A stretch of 63,635 nucleotides of DNA, counting the filler, from Chiloscyllium plagiosum (Eukaryota): the NCBI RefSeq assembly GCF_004010195.1. It is 6 parts of one record of this genome, joined end to end, with 100 filler letters (N's around TTAATTAATTAA, not from the genome) between each part and the next. Parts side by side here need not be neighbours in the genome. Positions count along the whole stretch, not along the records: positions 44,238 to 54,155 come from NC_057711.1; positions 54,256 to 60,584 come from NC_057711.1; positions 60,685 to 63,635 come from NC_057711.1; 3 more parts are not named here. One strand, written 5' to 3'. Of the stretch, positions 50,536 to 63,635 are shown one piece after another. Below the pieces are notes generated by a model, which worked only from the letters and a program-made list of their open reading frames with translations, was not told the origin of the DNA and searched no databases. The first letter of the stretch is position 1, and every line of letters begins with the position of its first letter. The translations under genes were made by a program, and so were the position numbers.

Positions 50536-53258
50536 GAACAATACCCCTAGCAAAACTGGAATTAATAGGTATTAGAGAGCAAACTCTCCACCGTTGGAAT
50601 CATACCTGGCACATAGGAAGATGGTCATGGTTGATGGAGGTGAGTTATCTTAACTCTAGGACATGTCTGCAGGAATTCCTCAGGATGGTGTCTTGGCCCA
50701 AGCATCTTCAGCTGCTTCATCAATGGCCTTCTTTCCATCATAAGGACGGAAGTAAGGATGTTTGCTAATGATTCACAATCTTTAGCACTATTTGTGACTC
50801 CTCAGATACTGAAGCAATCCATTTCCAAATACAACAAGACAAATGAGTCATAAAAGGTGATAAAATAAAGATGGAGATGGAAAAAGGGTGTAAATAAAGG
50901 CATGAAGTGGTAAAGGCTAAATTCTCTCTTATTAGAGGTGTAATTGACTGGGATTTGTGTGACACAATCAGCTCAAGAAGTATGGATATGGTCCAGATTT
51001 TGTTGTATTTGAGCATGGGCTACTTCAGTATCTGAGCAGTCCTGACTGGCGTTGAACATTGTGCAATCATCAGCAAACACCCTCATTTCTGACCTTACGA
51101 TGGAGGGAAGGTCATCAACGACTGAGCTGAAGATGGTCGGGTCACGGCCCCTAGGAGTGAAATTAGGAAATACTTCTAAATATGAAGGGTGTCAGAGTTT
51201 CAAATGTCTCTTCTGCAATTGCCAGTTAATGTTGAGTCTCCAAAGGAATATAGATGGGTTAAGTGTGTGGGCAAAGACGTGGCAAATGGAGCATCCAGTG
51301 GGAAAACATGACATAGTTCATTTTGGTAGAAAGGATGAAAAAAGCACATGATCTAAATGGTGAGAATTTGCATAAATTACAGAAGGTTAGGATGCAGGTA
51401 GAGCAAGTAATCAGGAAAGCTAATGTATTTTCTTGAGAGAGGAATTGATTGTAAGAATTATGCTTCAATTATACAGGGTATCAGGAAGACTGCATCTGAA
51501 GTACTGTGTGCAGCACTGCTCACAGAAGGATATTAACGTTTTGGAAGCAATTTCGAGAGGTTTTACGAGTCTAATACCTGGAATGAGTGGATTGCCCTAT
51601 AAGGACAGGCCATACAGGTTAGATCTTTATCTTCTGGAGATCTGGGTGACCTGAGGGGATATGGAGAGGATGTTTCCTCTGGTGGGAGAAGTTAGAACAA
51701 GGGAGCACAGTTTAAAAATAATGGGGGGGGGGATTGCCCATGAAGGCAGAGATTATGAAACATATTTTCTCTCAGAAGTTTGTGAGTCTTTGAAATTTCC
51801 TTCCTCAATAGGCAGTGGATGCAGAATCTTTAAATATTTCTGAGGCAGAAGGTAGATAGATTCTTGGTGGCCAAGGGAATGAAATATTATTGGGGACAGG
51901 CAGGAATGTAGAGTTCAGGTTAACATCAGATCAACTATGATCTTATTAAATAGTGGAGCCAGCTCAAGTGACTTACTCTATTACTTGTTTGGATGTTAAG
52001 TTGATTATTAATTTTAAAATTTGAGTTTGGATGTATTTTCACAGCAGATATCAAGGAAAATGGATCACAGACTGGTATGTGGAGTTAGGTTATGGATCAG
52101 CTAGGATTTCATGATAAGACATTGGGGCAGAAATAGATCATTCAACCCATCCAGCCTGCCCTACCATTCAGTGAGATCGTGGCTGATCTCATAACCCCTA
52201 ACTCTGCTTTTCAGGTGATTCCCTTACTGATTAAGAATCTGTCTCTCTCAGCCTTGAATATGGCCAATGATCCCAGCCTTTACAGCCCCCTGTGGTAAAG
52301 AATTCCCAAAATTCACTACCCTCTGACAGATGAAATTCCTTCCCCTCTGTCTTAAATAAGTGACCCTTTACTCTGCGATTATGCCCTCTGGTCCTAGATT
52401 CTCTCACAGAGGCAAACAGCTTTTCCATATCTACCATATCCTCAGACGTCCCTTTATTGCTTTCCCCTGAACTCCATTGAGCACAGACTCGACTCACTCA
52501 ATCTCTCCTTATAAGATAGTCCCTCCATATCCAGGATCAATCTCGTGATTAGGATGAGCTCCAATATCTTTCCCTAGATAAAGAGACCCAAAATTGTTCA
52601 CAAAATACAGGTGTGTGCTAAAAAGTGCCGTGTATAGTTTTAGCAAAACTTTCCTATTATTATACTCCATTTCCTTTGAAGTAAAAGCCAACGTTCCATT
52701 TGCCTCCCCTATTATCCATGGAACTTGGATGCTAGAGTTTTGTGATTTACACACAAAGACTCCTAAGTTCTTCTGTTTCGTAGCTTTCCAGAATCTTTCT
52801 CCACTTAAATAAAATTCAGTTCCTGTAGTCTACCTGCCAACTCGCATAACCTCACATTGTCCCACATTATGTTCCATCTCACTGAACAGCAGAACATATT
52901 TTAGAGGCTACCTTTGTTCTGATGTTCCCGTGCCACAACGTGATAGAACTCCCCCATGCCTTTTCCAGGGTAAGGGACTGTTTCCGTTTTACTTTCTAAC
53001 GTATTCCTAATGGTGAGCCGAAAACTGGGCATACATGTACTCACAACCAATTCCTAACTTCCACCACTTTAACCTTTGACCTTTCAAAGAATTAGGCCTC
53101 AGTGAGAGTGGGAGAGAGAAAAATTTGAAATGAGCAGGTTCAGGATTCTAACTGCTTACAGTAATCTCTGAAATTAATTGAAAAGCTACGCTATCTAACT
53201 GGAAAGCTAAATGTTTACAACCTCAAGGTTAAAATTGTGGAAGAGCTTGGTTACTTAC

Positions 53259-53441
53259 CAATGTCATCAGTTTGATTTTCCCTTACAAACATCATCTGAT
53301 TTATGTGACACATTTTTTCTGTCGCCTGAGGAGAGGTGGTATGAAATGGAATCAATTTGAAATGATGATGATGATTCTGATGACCGCTAATAGCCTGAAG
53401 CCCGGATGTCACACACTCACTTTTGGCTGATGACATTAACC
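53259..53441 (-). pseudogene. Exon (phase 1 to 1) of fibrocystin-like gene
   Basis: Pyrimidine-rich acceptor ...ttattcaAG and donor attg|GTAAGT. Open frame LMSSAKSECVTSGLQ...FKLIPFHTTSPQATEKM...NQTDDI. Confidence 0.6.
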
Positions 53442-53949
53442 CTTGAATAACCAAATAGCATGGGAGATATAGAATGGGAGAACAAGTACAAGACTCAATG
53501 TGGCTTGGGTGGAAGAATGCTTAAAGTCATCAAGTGGTGAGTATCCTCACTCTACAGCCTTTCCCTTTGGAATTACCAACTAGGCACATTTCTACAGGTG
53601 CTATCATCTCACCACCCTTGCTCCAATTCCCGCTACACCTACATTCATCCATTGGTCACTCGACATGTCCATGACAGACAACCAGAAAGTGGACTCTTCT
53701 TTCTCCCTTCCTTCCCAAAATCCAAGGTGGTGATAACTAATGAACAAAAAAAGTTTAAAGAAGGCTGTGTTGAATGGTGACACCAGCGAGAGGTGGACTG
53801 TTATGGTGTGAGAGCCAAAAAATGAGAGACTTCCACCTGACTGCCTGTGGCCCAAGCAGGAAACCAGTCAACAAAATGCTAACAATGTTCTGCATTAACT
53901 TTTAAATCAATTGTTGGATCCTGGAGAACAGCAACAATTATAATCTGGT

Positions 53950-54366
53950 AGGTAAAAACAATGACTGCAGATGCTGGAAACCAGATTTCTGGATTAGTGG
54001 TGCTGGAAGAGCACAGCAATTCAGGCAGCATCCGAGGACAGGCAAAATCGACGTTTCGGGCAAAAGCCCTTCATCAGGAATAAAGGCAGAGAGCCTGAAG
54101 CGTGGAGAGATAAGCTAGAGGAGGGTAGGGGTGGGGAGAGAGTGGCATAGAGTACNNNNNNNNNNNNNNNNNNNNNNNNNNNNNNNNNNNNNNNNNNNNT
54201 TAATTAATTAANNNNNNNNNNNNNNNNNNNNNNNNNNNNNNNNNNNNNNNNNNNNCACACTTTCCTCATTCCTGAAGAAGGGCTCATGCCCGAAATGTCG
54301 ATTCTCCCGCTCTTTGGATGCTGCCTGACCTGCTGCGCTTTTCCAGCAACACGTTTTCAGCTCTGA
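53950..54366. mobile_element. PLE termini flanking a gap, with hammerhead motifs
   Basis: Canonical CTGATGA-a-GGGC-tttt-GCCC-GAAAC-GTC on the minus strand at 54050-54077. Plus-strand copy at 54272-54299. Confidence 0.75.
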
Positions 54367-54397
54367 TATTGAGAAGACTCAATCACTTTGCTATTTG

Positions 54398-54860
54398 AGT
54401 CATAGAGTCACAGAGTCATAGAGATGTACACCACAGAAACAGACTCTTTATTCCAACTCATCCATGGTGACCAGATATCCCAATCTAATCTAGTCCCATT
54501 TGCCAGCACTTGGCCCATATCCCTCTAAACCTTTCCTATTGATATACCCATCCAGATGCCTTTTAAATGTTGCAATTGTACCATCCTCCATCATTTCCTC
54601 TGGCAGCTCATTCCATACACGTACCACCCACTGTGTGAAAAATTTGCTCCTTAGGTCCCTTTTATATCTTTCCCCTCTCACCCTAAACCTTTGCCTTCAG
54701 TTTCTGGATGCCCCCACCCCAGGGAACAGATGTTGTCTATTTATCCTATCCATGCCCCTCATGATTTTATAAACCTCCATAAAGTCACCCCTCAGCCTCC
54801 AACACTCCAGGGAAAGCAGCAACAGTCTATTCAGCCTCTCCTTATTGCTCAAATCCTTAT
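54398..54860 (-). mobile_element. CR1 3' end
   Basis: ORFs 54490..54681 and 54697..54930, with a (gactctat)-type tail. Confidence 0.85.
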
Positions 54861-56007
54861 TGCCTTGTTGCCTTGGCTTTAATGTGTCAGTCCTAGGCGG
54901 TGCAGCCTTCATTAGGATATGCACATTCATTAAGAATTCCTCCGATTGGCAAGGACCGTAAAAGAATGTGTCATTTCAAAGTCACTCCAAATTTTTTTAC
55001 TAATTATTTTACAATTGGGCAGAATTTTCCCATTCCCCACTCCCCTTCCCACCCCCCAACCTTCACCCACCGCTAGAAGCTTAACTGTGGGAAATTCGGA
55101 ATGGAACCCTTTGGGTTGGGACCCAAACACATTCCCATCTCTTCGTGCTTTTATTGGACATGGGGGTCACCTCAGCACTGACTAGGGTAGAGAATTAGTA
55201 AACTAAAGGCCTACTCTCAAGCAATTTGAAGGCTCTGTTTTGGATTTCCCCATCACATTAACACTCTCATCAGTTATAGAAGCTCAACATTCAAAATATT
55301 AAAAAGGATTTCTGAGATGCCTATTTTGAGTCAAACACATACTACACTACCTGTTTCGGCAGTGTCTATCTCTGTCAGTGTATTCTGTCATCCTTCTGGT
55401 AATGTGGACCTCTCATATTGAGCCTCTTCCCTTGAGAACTCGCCTAGTGTCCTTCATTGTGAATGCAGAGATGGCCTATTTGTTAGTTGTCTCCCGAGAG
55501 CGTAGCTAAACAATCCAGAAACCGTCCCGACACCAGTGTCCTGACGCTGTCGTGAAAATTCCCTTATTCAAAGAAATTTGTAAAGATCTGCCCAGCAACC
55601 ACTGTTTAACCTTGGTGGTAAGGAAACTCTGAGACAACAGTACAAGGGATTGAATGAAGAGTCACATGGAAAAGTTTCGATTGATTCAGAAGAGTTAGCG
55701 TAGACTTGTTAAGGAAAAAATATGTTTAACTAACTTGCTGGAATTTTTTGAAATAGTCTTGGAGAGGCGAAAGCTGTTGATCTCGTGCGCATGAACTTCC
55801 AGAAGCCTTCAGTGCAGTACCATATGACAGACTTGTAAAGCAGGTAATGTCTCATGGAGTAAAAGAGACAGTTTGGAGGGTCTGGACAAAGTTGATAAGG
55901 AGAAACTGTTCCTGCTCCTATAAGAACCAGAAGGCACAGATTCGAAGTGATTTGTAATTGAGGTGTGATGTAATTTTATCACTCAGTAAGAATTTAGGGG
56001 ATGGACT

Positions 56008-59000
56008 TGTTATGAGCTAGGCCAGACAACTCAAAACACTCTTAAGCAGGCACTCTTAAGCAGGCAAAAGCCCTTCGTGAAGAAGGGCTTATGCCCGAAA
56101 TGTTGATTCTCCTGTTCCTTTGATGCTGCCTGACCTGCTGCGCTTTTCCAGCAACACATTTTCAGCTCTGATCTCCAGCATCTGCAGCCCTCACTTTCTC
56201 TCTTAAGCAGGCAGCCCAGACCATAACTTTGCAATTTGTTTCAGCAAGTGTACAGTGAGAATTACCCGATTAAGTTAGCCAGGTTGACTACCAGGTTTAA
56301 AACAGACAAAAAAAATTATTCTCAAAATTACACAATGAAACGCAAAGAACAGGATAAAGAACCCCTACAGGACTCAATCTATCCAAACTAGACTTGCACA
56401 TCGGCAATCACATTTTCGTGACCTGCCACATGCACCATTGTCAAATTGAATGGCTGCAATAACAAACTCCATCGAAACAGTCTGGCATTTTTGTCCTTCA
56501 ATTTTCCCACAAATGTCAATGGGTAGTGATCAGTGTATACGATTGTCTCAGATGCATTGCTGGTAACATAAAGACTGAAATGTTGTAATGCCAACACCAA
56601 GCTTAACGTCTCTTTCTCCATTGTTGAATATTTCTGTTGATGAATGTTCAACTTCCTGGAAAAGTACCGATGGGTCTTTCTATCCTGTTGTCATCCCCCT
56701 GCAGGAGCACCGCACCAACCCCCACATCCCTGGCACCGATAGCCACCTTGAAAGGCTTCGTGTAATCCGGTGTGGCTAATACTGGGGCAGTGGTTAGCAC
56801 AGTTTTTAGGCTGTCAAATGCCTTTTGACAATCTGCTGTCCACTGAAACTTCTTGCCGTTTTTTTAACAATTTGGTGAATGGAGCATCCACACTGCCAAA
56901 GTTCGGCGCAAACACTCAGTAAAATCCACTCAACCCCAGGAACCATAGTACTGCTTTTGTTCGTCAGCAGTGTGGGAAATTACTTTCATTTTTGCACCTC
57001 GTGGAGCCATTTGTCCATGTTCAATAACATGGCCCAAGAAGGTGACATGGGCTTTGGCAAATTTACTTTTAGCCAGGTTTATCACCAAGACTGCCTTCTG
57101 AAGTTGATTGAACAAGTCCGATAAATGCTGTAAATGTTCCTTTCATAAGTGACTAAATTCATCAGGTCATCAATATACGCCACACAGTTGGGTAATTCGA
57201 CAATGACCTTATTAGTCAGTCTCTGAAATGTGGCTGGAGCATTTTTCATTCCAAATGACATGATATAGTCCATTTGGTGTTACGAAAGCTGAAATTGCCT
57301 TTGCTGTCTCTGACAGAGTTACTTGCCCAGTAGCCTCTGAGCAAGTCTAACTGAGAAATGTAAGTTGTTTGTCCCACTTTTTTGACACAGTCCTCCAACC
57401 ATCTTTGTAATGACGTTGACTTAGTGATAGTCCACATATAACCATTGCGTACCATCTGGCTCTGGCACCATGACTATGGGTGAGCTCCAGTCACTGTAAC
57501 TCACTTTGATTATGCCATCTTGGAGCATGCGCTCTATCTCCTTCTGAATCTGTGCCAACCTTAGAGGGTTATGCCTATAAGGATGTTGCTTAATCAGAAC
57601 AGCATCTCCTACAACTACATCATGCACAATTAGGTTAGTTCTTCCCAGTTTATTTCTGTATATCTCCCCATGTGATAGTAATAACTCGTTCAGGTCATTT
57701 TGATTTTCTTGTGGAAGGTAACTCAATAATTAATCCCAATTTTTGACAACTTCCTCATTGTCCAATTTGATTTGAGGAATGTCCAATTCAGAATCCTCTG
57801 AACTTGGTTCTCCCTTGTGTGCTGTAATCATTAACACCTTCTCCTCTTGCTTTCCTTCCCTATCAAAATACCTTTTGAGCATATTCACATGACACATTCT
57901 ATAAGATGTCTTCCTGTCTGGAGTCCTTATCACTCAATTTCTTCTCAATGTGATAAGGTCCACTAAACCTGGCTTTTAAAGGCTCATCTGTAATTGGAAG
58001 TAACACCAATACCTTATCCCCAATTGCAAAATTGCAGATTTGTGATTTCTTATCCACTTCCTGTTTCATTGCGTGCTGTGATACTTTTAAATGCTGTCTA
58101 GCCAACTCTCCAGCTCTATTTAATAATTCTCTAAAATTTGACACATAGTCCAAATGGGTGGCGTCAGAATTCTGACTTATTCATTTCTCCTTAATCAATT
58201 TTAATGGTCCTCTTATTTCATGCCCAAAAATTAATTCAAATGGACTGAATTTGGTCAATTCATTCGGTGCATCTCTGATTGTAAAAAGTACAAATGGAAC
58301 TCCCTTTTCCCAATCATCTGGATAATCCTGACCATAACCCCTCAACATGGTCTTTAGTTATTGATGCTATCTCTCCAGCGCTCCCTGTGATTCCAGATGG
58401 TACATAGTAGATTTGAATTGTTTTATTCCCAAGTTATCCATAACCTCCTTGAATAGTTTGGATTTGAAGTTTGATCCTTGATCTGACTTGATCTCTATCT
58501 GCAGTTTGTATCTAGTAAACAATTTAAATACTTCTTCTACAACCCTTTTAGCTGTGATGTTGCGTAATGGGATTGCCTCTGGAAATCTAGTTGACGCATC
58601 CATTGTTGCTAATAAATACTTAGTACCACTTTTTGCTTGAGGTAGGGGACCTACGCAATCAATCAAGACTCTTGTGAAAGGTTCTTCAAATGCTGGAATA
58701 GGGATTAAAGGTGCAGATTTTATTACTGCCTGTGGTTTTCCAATTAGCTGACATGTATGACACATCTGGCAAAATTCAACTACATCTTTATGTAGTCCAG
58801 GCCAGTAAAAATGTCTTTGAATCTTAGCCTGTGTGTTCCTCACCCCTAAATGACCTGATGTGCCATGGGCAACACCTCCTTTCTATACCCTACTGGCAAA
58901 ACAATTTGATGAATCTCTGCCCATTTCTCATCTGCTTGAATGTATGATGGTCTCCATTTCCCTATTATGACATCATTTGTTACATAATAACAACACACAG

Positions 59001-60440
59001 GGATGCATTCACTTTCATTCTCTGTAAATGCCTTTTGATATAACTGTTCTATGTTCTCATCTTGCTGCTGTAATTCAATCAGCTTAGTAGAGCTAATGAT
59101 ACTTGCACGTTTGCTCCTTCTCTGTGCCACATGTCTGATCAAAAAAGTCTCAGATAACAATATGTCAGCTTCCTTATTTGTGGCTTTTGATCCCTCCTGC
59201 ATCAGTTTGTGCCTCTGTGATCTTGTGATCACACAATCAGGGAAAATTCCTGGAAAAACGTTCTCCATGTCTTCGGTTGCCCGCGTCTCCATTGGCTTTT
59301 CAACTAGAGTAGGCATCACGTCGATGGTGAATCAGCGATATCATTTGCAAGGACAAATTGTATTCCTGGAGCTGATAGTTTGTCCAGTATTCCCACCACA
59401 AATTCTCCACTCTTCTCTGGACTCCCTAACCTCACTTTACATAATTGAACACTTTTTGTCTCACCATGAATTCTTGTTATCAGTACCTTTTCGGGCAATA
59501 GTCTCTCAGGAGTACGTATCTCCTCATCCTTCAGCATAACAGATGGAGAGAATCCTGTGTCCCTTAATATTGTAACCTTCTTACCTATTACTCCTGGCCT
59601 ATGTGAACAAACTTTACCCTTGCATGTATATTTTTTAAGCAGATCTGTCACTTCCTCTTTAATCAACCTCTGATCATCTTGTACACTCTGAGGCAGTTGT
59701 CTAACTTCCCTTGTGCTTTTTGTTACATCTGTCTTTCTCCTAGCCCTCCAACACTATGATTTTATGTGGCCCACTTTATTACAATGAAAACACTGGAGCT
59801 TTTTAAGTTCTTTGTCCCCCTCAAGGGTTTCTTTTTTTACCCTGTGGTAAATTATCCTTAATATCTTCACTGAGATCTACCTTTCCCCTTCCACTTGAGG
59901 ATTTCTCTTTGTCCCAATGTCTATCCCTCATGGACTGAAATTGTTTCTGGAAACCAAACCGAGTTTTATGAACCAGCTCATAATCATCAGCCCCTTCAGC
60001 TGCTAACCTTGCAGTTTTAACTCTCTGCTCTTCCACACAAGTTCACACTACTTCAGGCAGTGAATTTTTCAATTCTTCCAAAATAATTTCCTCTCTAAGG
60101 CATGATAGGTTTGCTCTATCAAAATTACACTTTGATCCCTTCAAACTCAATATAGGTTTGACCAGTGTTCTTCCTTAGATTCCTGAAATGTTGCCTATAG
60201 GCTTCTGGTACAAGTTCATATGCACATAAAATGGCTTTTTTCACTTCTTCATACTCCTCAGATACCTCCTCTGATAGTGATGTGAATACCTCACTAGCCC
60301 TGCCATCAGGTTTCGTTTGGATCAACAAAACCCACATTGCCACTGGCCATTGCATTTGTTCAGCCACTTTTTAAAAATGAGATGAAAAAGGCATCCACAT
60401 CCTTCTCATCAAATTTAGGAAGTGCATGAACATATTTAAA
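56008..60440 (-). mobile_element. Degenerate Gmr1-like Ty3/Gypsy LTR retrotransposon (gag-PR-IN-RT-RH)
   Basis: Gag with SCAN-like VKKAILCAYELVPEAYRQHFR (60125..60367), zinc knuckle CFHCNKVGHIKS*C (~59751-59792), protease ILRDTG (59316..59666), integrase HFYWPG...DCVGPLP...SDQGSNF (58367..58843), RT WSSPIVMV...YIDD (57082..57726), RNase H YSTMEKETL...YTDH (56388..56651). Probable terminal TGTTATGA at 56008. Confidence 0.9.
56065..56199 (+). mobile_element. Family A PLE-terminal insert nested in the Gypsy 3' end
   Basis: Flanked by ctcttaagcaggca, present twice upstream and once downstream. Confidence 0.75.
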
Positions 60441-60461
60441 CAGTTTATCACTGGGCTTCTG

Positions 60462-60828
60462 ACTACCAGATTCTGGATCAGTGGTGCTGGAAGAGCACAG
60501 CAATTCAGGCAGCATCCGAGGACAGGCAAAATCGACGTTTCGGGCAAAAGCCCTTCATCAGGAATAAAGGCAGAGAGCCTGAAGNNNNNNNNNNNNNNNN
60601 NNNNNNNNNNNNNNNNNNNNNNNNNNNNTTAATTAATTAANNNNNNNNNNNNNNNNNNNNNNNNNNNNNNNNNNNNNNNNNNNNATAAGCCCTTCTTCAG
60701 GAAAAGAAGGGCTTATGCCCGAAACGTCGATTCTCCTGTTCCTTGGATGCTGCCTGACCTGCTGCGCTTTTCCAGCAACACACTTTTCAGCTCTGATCTC
60801 CAGCATCTGCAGTCCTCACTTTCTCCTC
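60462..60828. mobile_element. PLE termini flanking a gap, with hammerhead motif
   Basis: Canonical core at 60534-60561(-). Fold-back junction at ~60685-60730. Confidence 0.75.
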
Positions 60829-63019
60829 CCAGGTTGTTGGGTCAGGTCTCATGAAAGATGGTGAAGGCACCACCGTCAGTCCTTGCACCTCAAAAGGAAC
60901 ACAGAGGTTTATAATCACTGAAAAAAAAACACACCAGTGCTGAACAGATTGCTAGGCCAGAGTGTTCAGGATTAAATGGGAGGAAATAATATAGTGTTTT
61001 TTCAATGACAACACAACTCAACCCATTTCACCAAACACCAAGAACTGCCCAAGTAATATCATTCCAACTAATCATTCCTTGCACCAAAGTTTACTGAACA
61101 AGGGATCGTACAAAAATTAGCTGCTACACTTCCTGCGTTATGACGGGTTTTTTTGAGTGTACAGAAACAGCGACTTGCAAATCTCACCTAACTTGTTCAT
61201 ATGGTAATATGTGAACCTGAGCAGTGAGCAAATAAGAAACAGGAATGGGAATAGGCCATTCAGCCCACCCCATCATTTTACAAGCTAATGGCTGATTAAA
61301 TCCAGACCTCAACTCCTTTTTTTGTGCCAGCTGATTGTAGCTCTTAACTCCTCAATGTTTCAAAATCCATTGACTGTTTTTTCAAATACTTTCAGTGATC
61401 TACATAACTCTCTGGGATAGAGAATTCCAGACATTCATTACCCACTGAGAGAAGAAATTCCTTTGCATCTCAACCTTAAATGAATGCCCACTTTATTCTG
61501 AAACTGTAACCCCTTCTTCAAAACCTTCCGATAGTTGAAATATCTTCGCAACAGGCCTCTGAAGAATCTTGGATGTTTCAACAAGGTCACCCCTCAGTCT
61601 TCCAACCTCTTGTGAATCAACCTAGTGAACCGTGTTTGAACAGCCTCCAATGCTGGTTTATCCTTTTACAATACAGAGATCAAAACTATATACAGTACTC
61701 CACGTGCAGCCTCAACAACATCCTGTATAGTTGTAACAAGACTTCGATTTTTAAACTCCCAAACCAGAGCAATAAAAGGACAAAATTTAATATGATATCT
61801 TAATCACTTGCTGCATCTGCATGCTAATTACCTTTTGTGAACAAGCACACCCAGATCCCCCTGAACTGCAGATTATTTTAAAAAACTCTCTCCATTTAAG
61901 CAACACAATCTTAATTGAGCTGTCCCAGTGCAGCTACAACAAAGGTATCTACCTATCAACATGGAAAACTTCCAATACATGTCCTCGGCATAAAAAGAAG
62001 AAAACAAAAGTGTGATATGGCCAGTTTGTGTCTCTTTAGCAAAGAGTGACAGATAGTAGCATAGGCAATAATACCAAGCAGCACTTGCAGAGCAACAACC
62101 TGTATATAACCTCTAACAACCTTGCCACAGCTTGGGTTCCACTACAGACACTGAACTCCTGACCTTAACACAGCCATGGAAAAAAAAGAGCTGACCTCTA
62201 AAAATGAGGAGAGAATGGCTACCCATGACATCAGCACAACACTTGTCTGAGTGTGGATTCAAGGCACCCTGGCAAAATCGAGCTTAATTGGAGTTAAAGG
62301 GAAACTTGCCATTGGTTGGAATCATAATGGCAAGTGACTGTAATTGTTGCAGGTCAGCCATCTCATGGGACATCAGTGCAGACATTCCATTGGGAAGTGC
62401 CTAACCATTTTCAGCTGCTTCATCAATGGCCTTTGCTCTATCATACATATAAGGTATGTCGCTGATGATTGCACAATGTTTAATACTACTGGCATACACA
62501 GATACTAAACCAGTCCATGTTCATATGGGCAATATTCAGATTAGGCTGATAGTAGCAAATCCATTACTTACAATACACTGGTCAGGGGTTTGATGGGATA
62601 CCCTCCATTTGTCTGGATGAGTGTGGTTCCAACACACAAGTTTGACCCTGCCCGAGACAAAGCAGCATTCCTGTACAACATCCCATGCTGACCAAAAGCA
62701 GGAATAGTGTGCACCATACACAAGATGCACGCATGTAACTTGCCAAGTCTCTTTCAGCAACACCTTCCAAATCGGTGATCTCCATCACTGGTAAGGACCC
62801 AGTTAACAGAAAAATAAAACCAAGAACTTCAGCTGGTGGATACTCAAAACAAAAATGGAAATTGCTGGAGAAACTCAGCAGGTCTGACATCTCTGTGGAG
62901 AGAAAACAGAGTTAACATTGCAAGCCCAGTGACCCTTCTTCAGAACTGGACATGGCAAAGAGAAATAGGGAAATAACATTATCAGCAGATTCTTGGGATG
63001 CTTGGGACTGTACCACCAC

Positions 63020-63635
63020 ATAGAGTCATAGAGATGTACAGCATGGAAACAGACCCTTCGTCCAACTCATCCATGCCGACCAGATATCCCAACCCAATTT
63101 AGTCACACCTGCCAGCACCGAGCTCATATCCCTCCAAACCCTTCCTATTCATATACCCATCCAGATGCCTTTTAAATGTTGCAATTGTACTCGCCTCCAC
63201 TACTTCCTCTGGCAGCTCATTCCAAACACACATCACCTCTAGTTCTGGACTCCCCCACACCAAGGAAAAGATCTTGTCTATTTAGCCTATCCATGCCCCT
63301 CGTGATTTTATAAACCTCTAGGAGGTCACCCCTCAGCCTCCGACACTCCAGGGAAAACAGCCCCAGCCTATTCAACCTCTCCCCATAGCTCAAATCCTCC
63401 AACTCTGGCAACAATCTTGTAAATCTTTTCTGAACCCTTTCAAGTTTCACAACATCCTTCTGATAGGAAGGAGACCAGAATTGCACATAATATTCCACCA
63501 TGCGGCCGAACCAATGTCCAGTACAGCCGCAACATGACCTCCCAACTCCTGTACTCAATATTCTGACCAATAAAGGAAAGCATACCAAACGCCTTCTTCA
63601 CTATCCTATCTACCTGCGACTCCACTTTCAAGGAG
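63020..63635 (-). mobile_element. Young CR1 (HER1-like) 3' end
   Basis: ORFs 63217..63588 and 63440..63631, nearly the same as 37445-38052. Confidence 0.9.

Overview
This is repeat-saturated vertebrate nuclear DNA, very likely from a shark or other elasmobranch, inferred from HE1-type V-SINEs, Deu-domain SINEs and shark-like CR1 and Penelope families. There is no intact protein-coding gene. Most of the window is nested, decayed retroelements: CR1 LINEs, one Rex1/Babar fragment, several Penelope-like elements (PLEs), a Gmr1-order Ty3/Gypsy element (gag-PR-IN-RT-RH), a solo LTR with a 4-bp target-site duplication (TSD) and a TA-flanked MITE. Three things stand out. (1) At least four distinct families of minimal hammerhead-ribozyme motifs (CUGANGA-stem II-GAAA-palindrome-NUH) sit in PLE termini. 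Many are in ~90-220 bp TSD-flanked inserts, several of them fold-backs with back-to-back motifs. (2) A minus-strand exon chain (~53.4 kb down to ~27 kb) encodes the decayed C-terminal part of a single-pass membrane protein resembling fibrocystin (PKHD1/PKHD1L1 family). (3) A second plus-strand exon-like frame is split by the solo LTR, and there are two nearby microhomology-flanked templated insertions. All family assignments come from visual motif recognition, not database searches, and element boundaries without a stated TSD are approximate.
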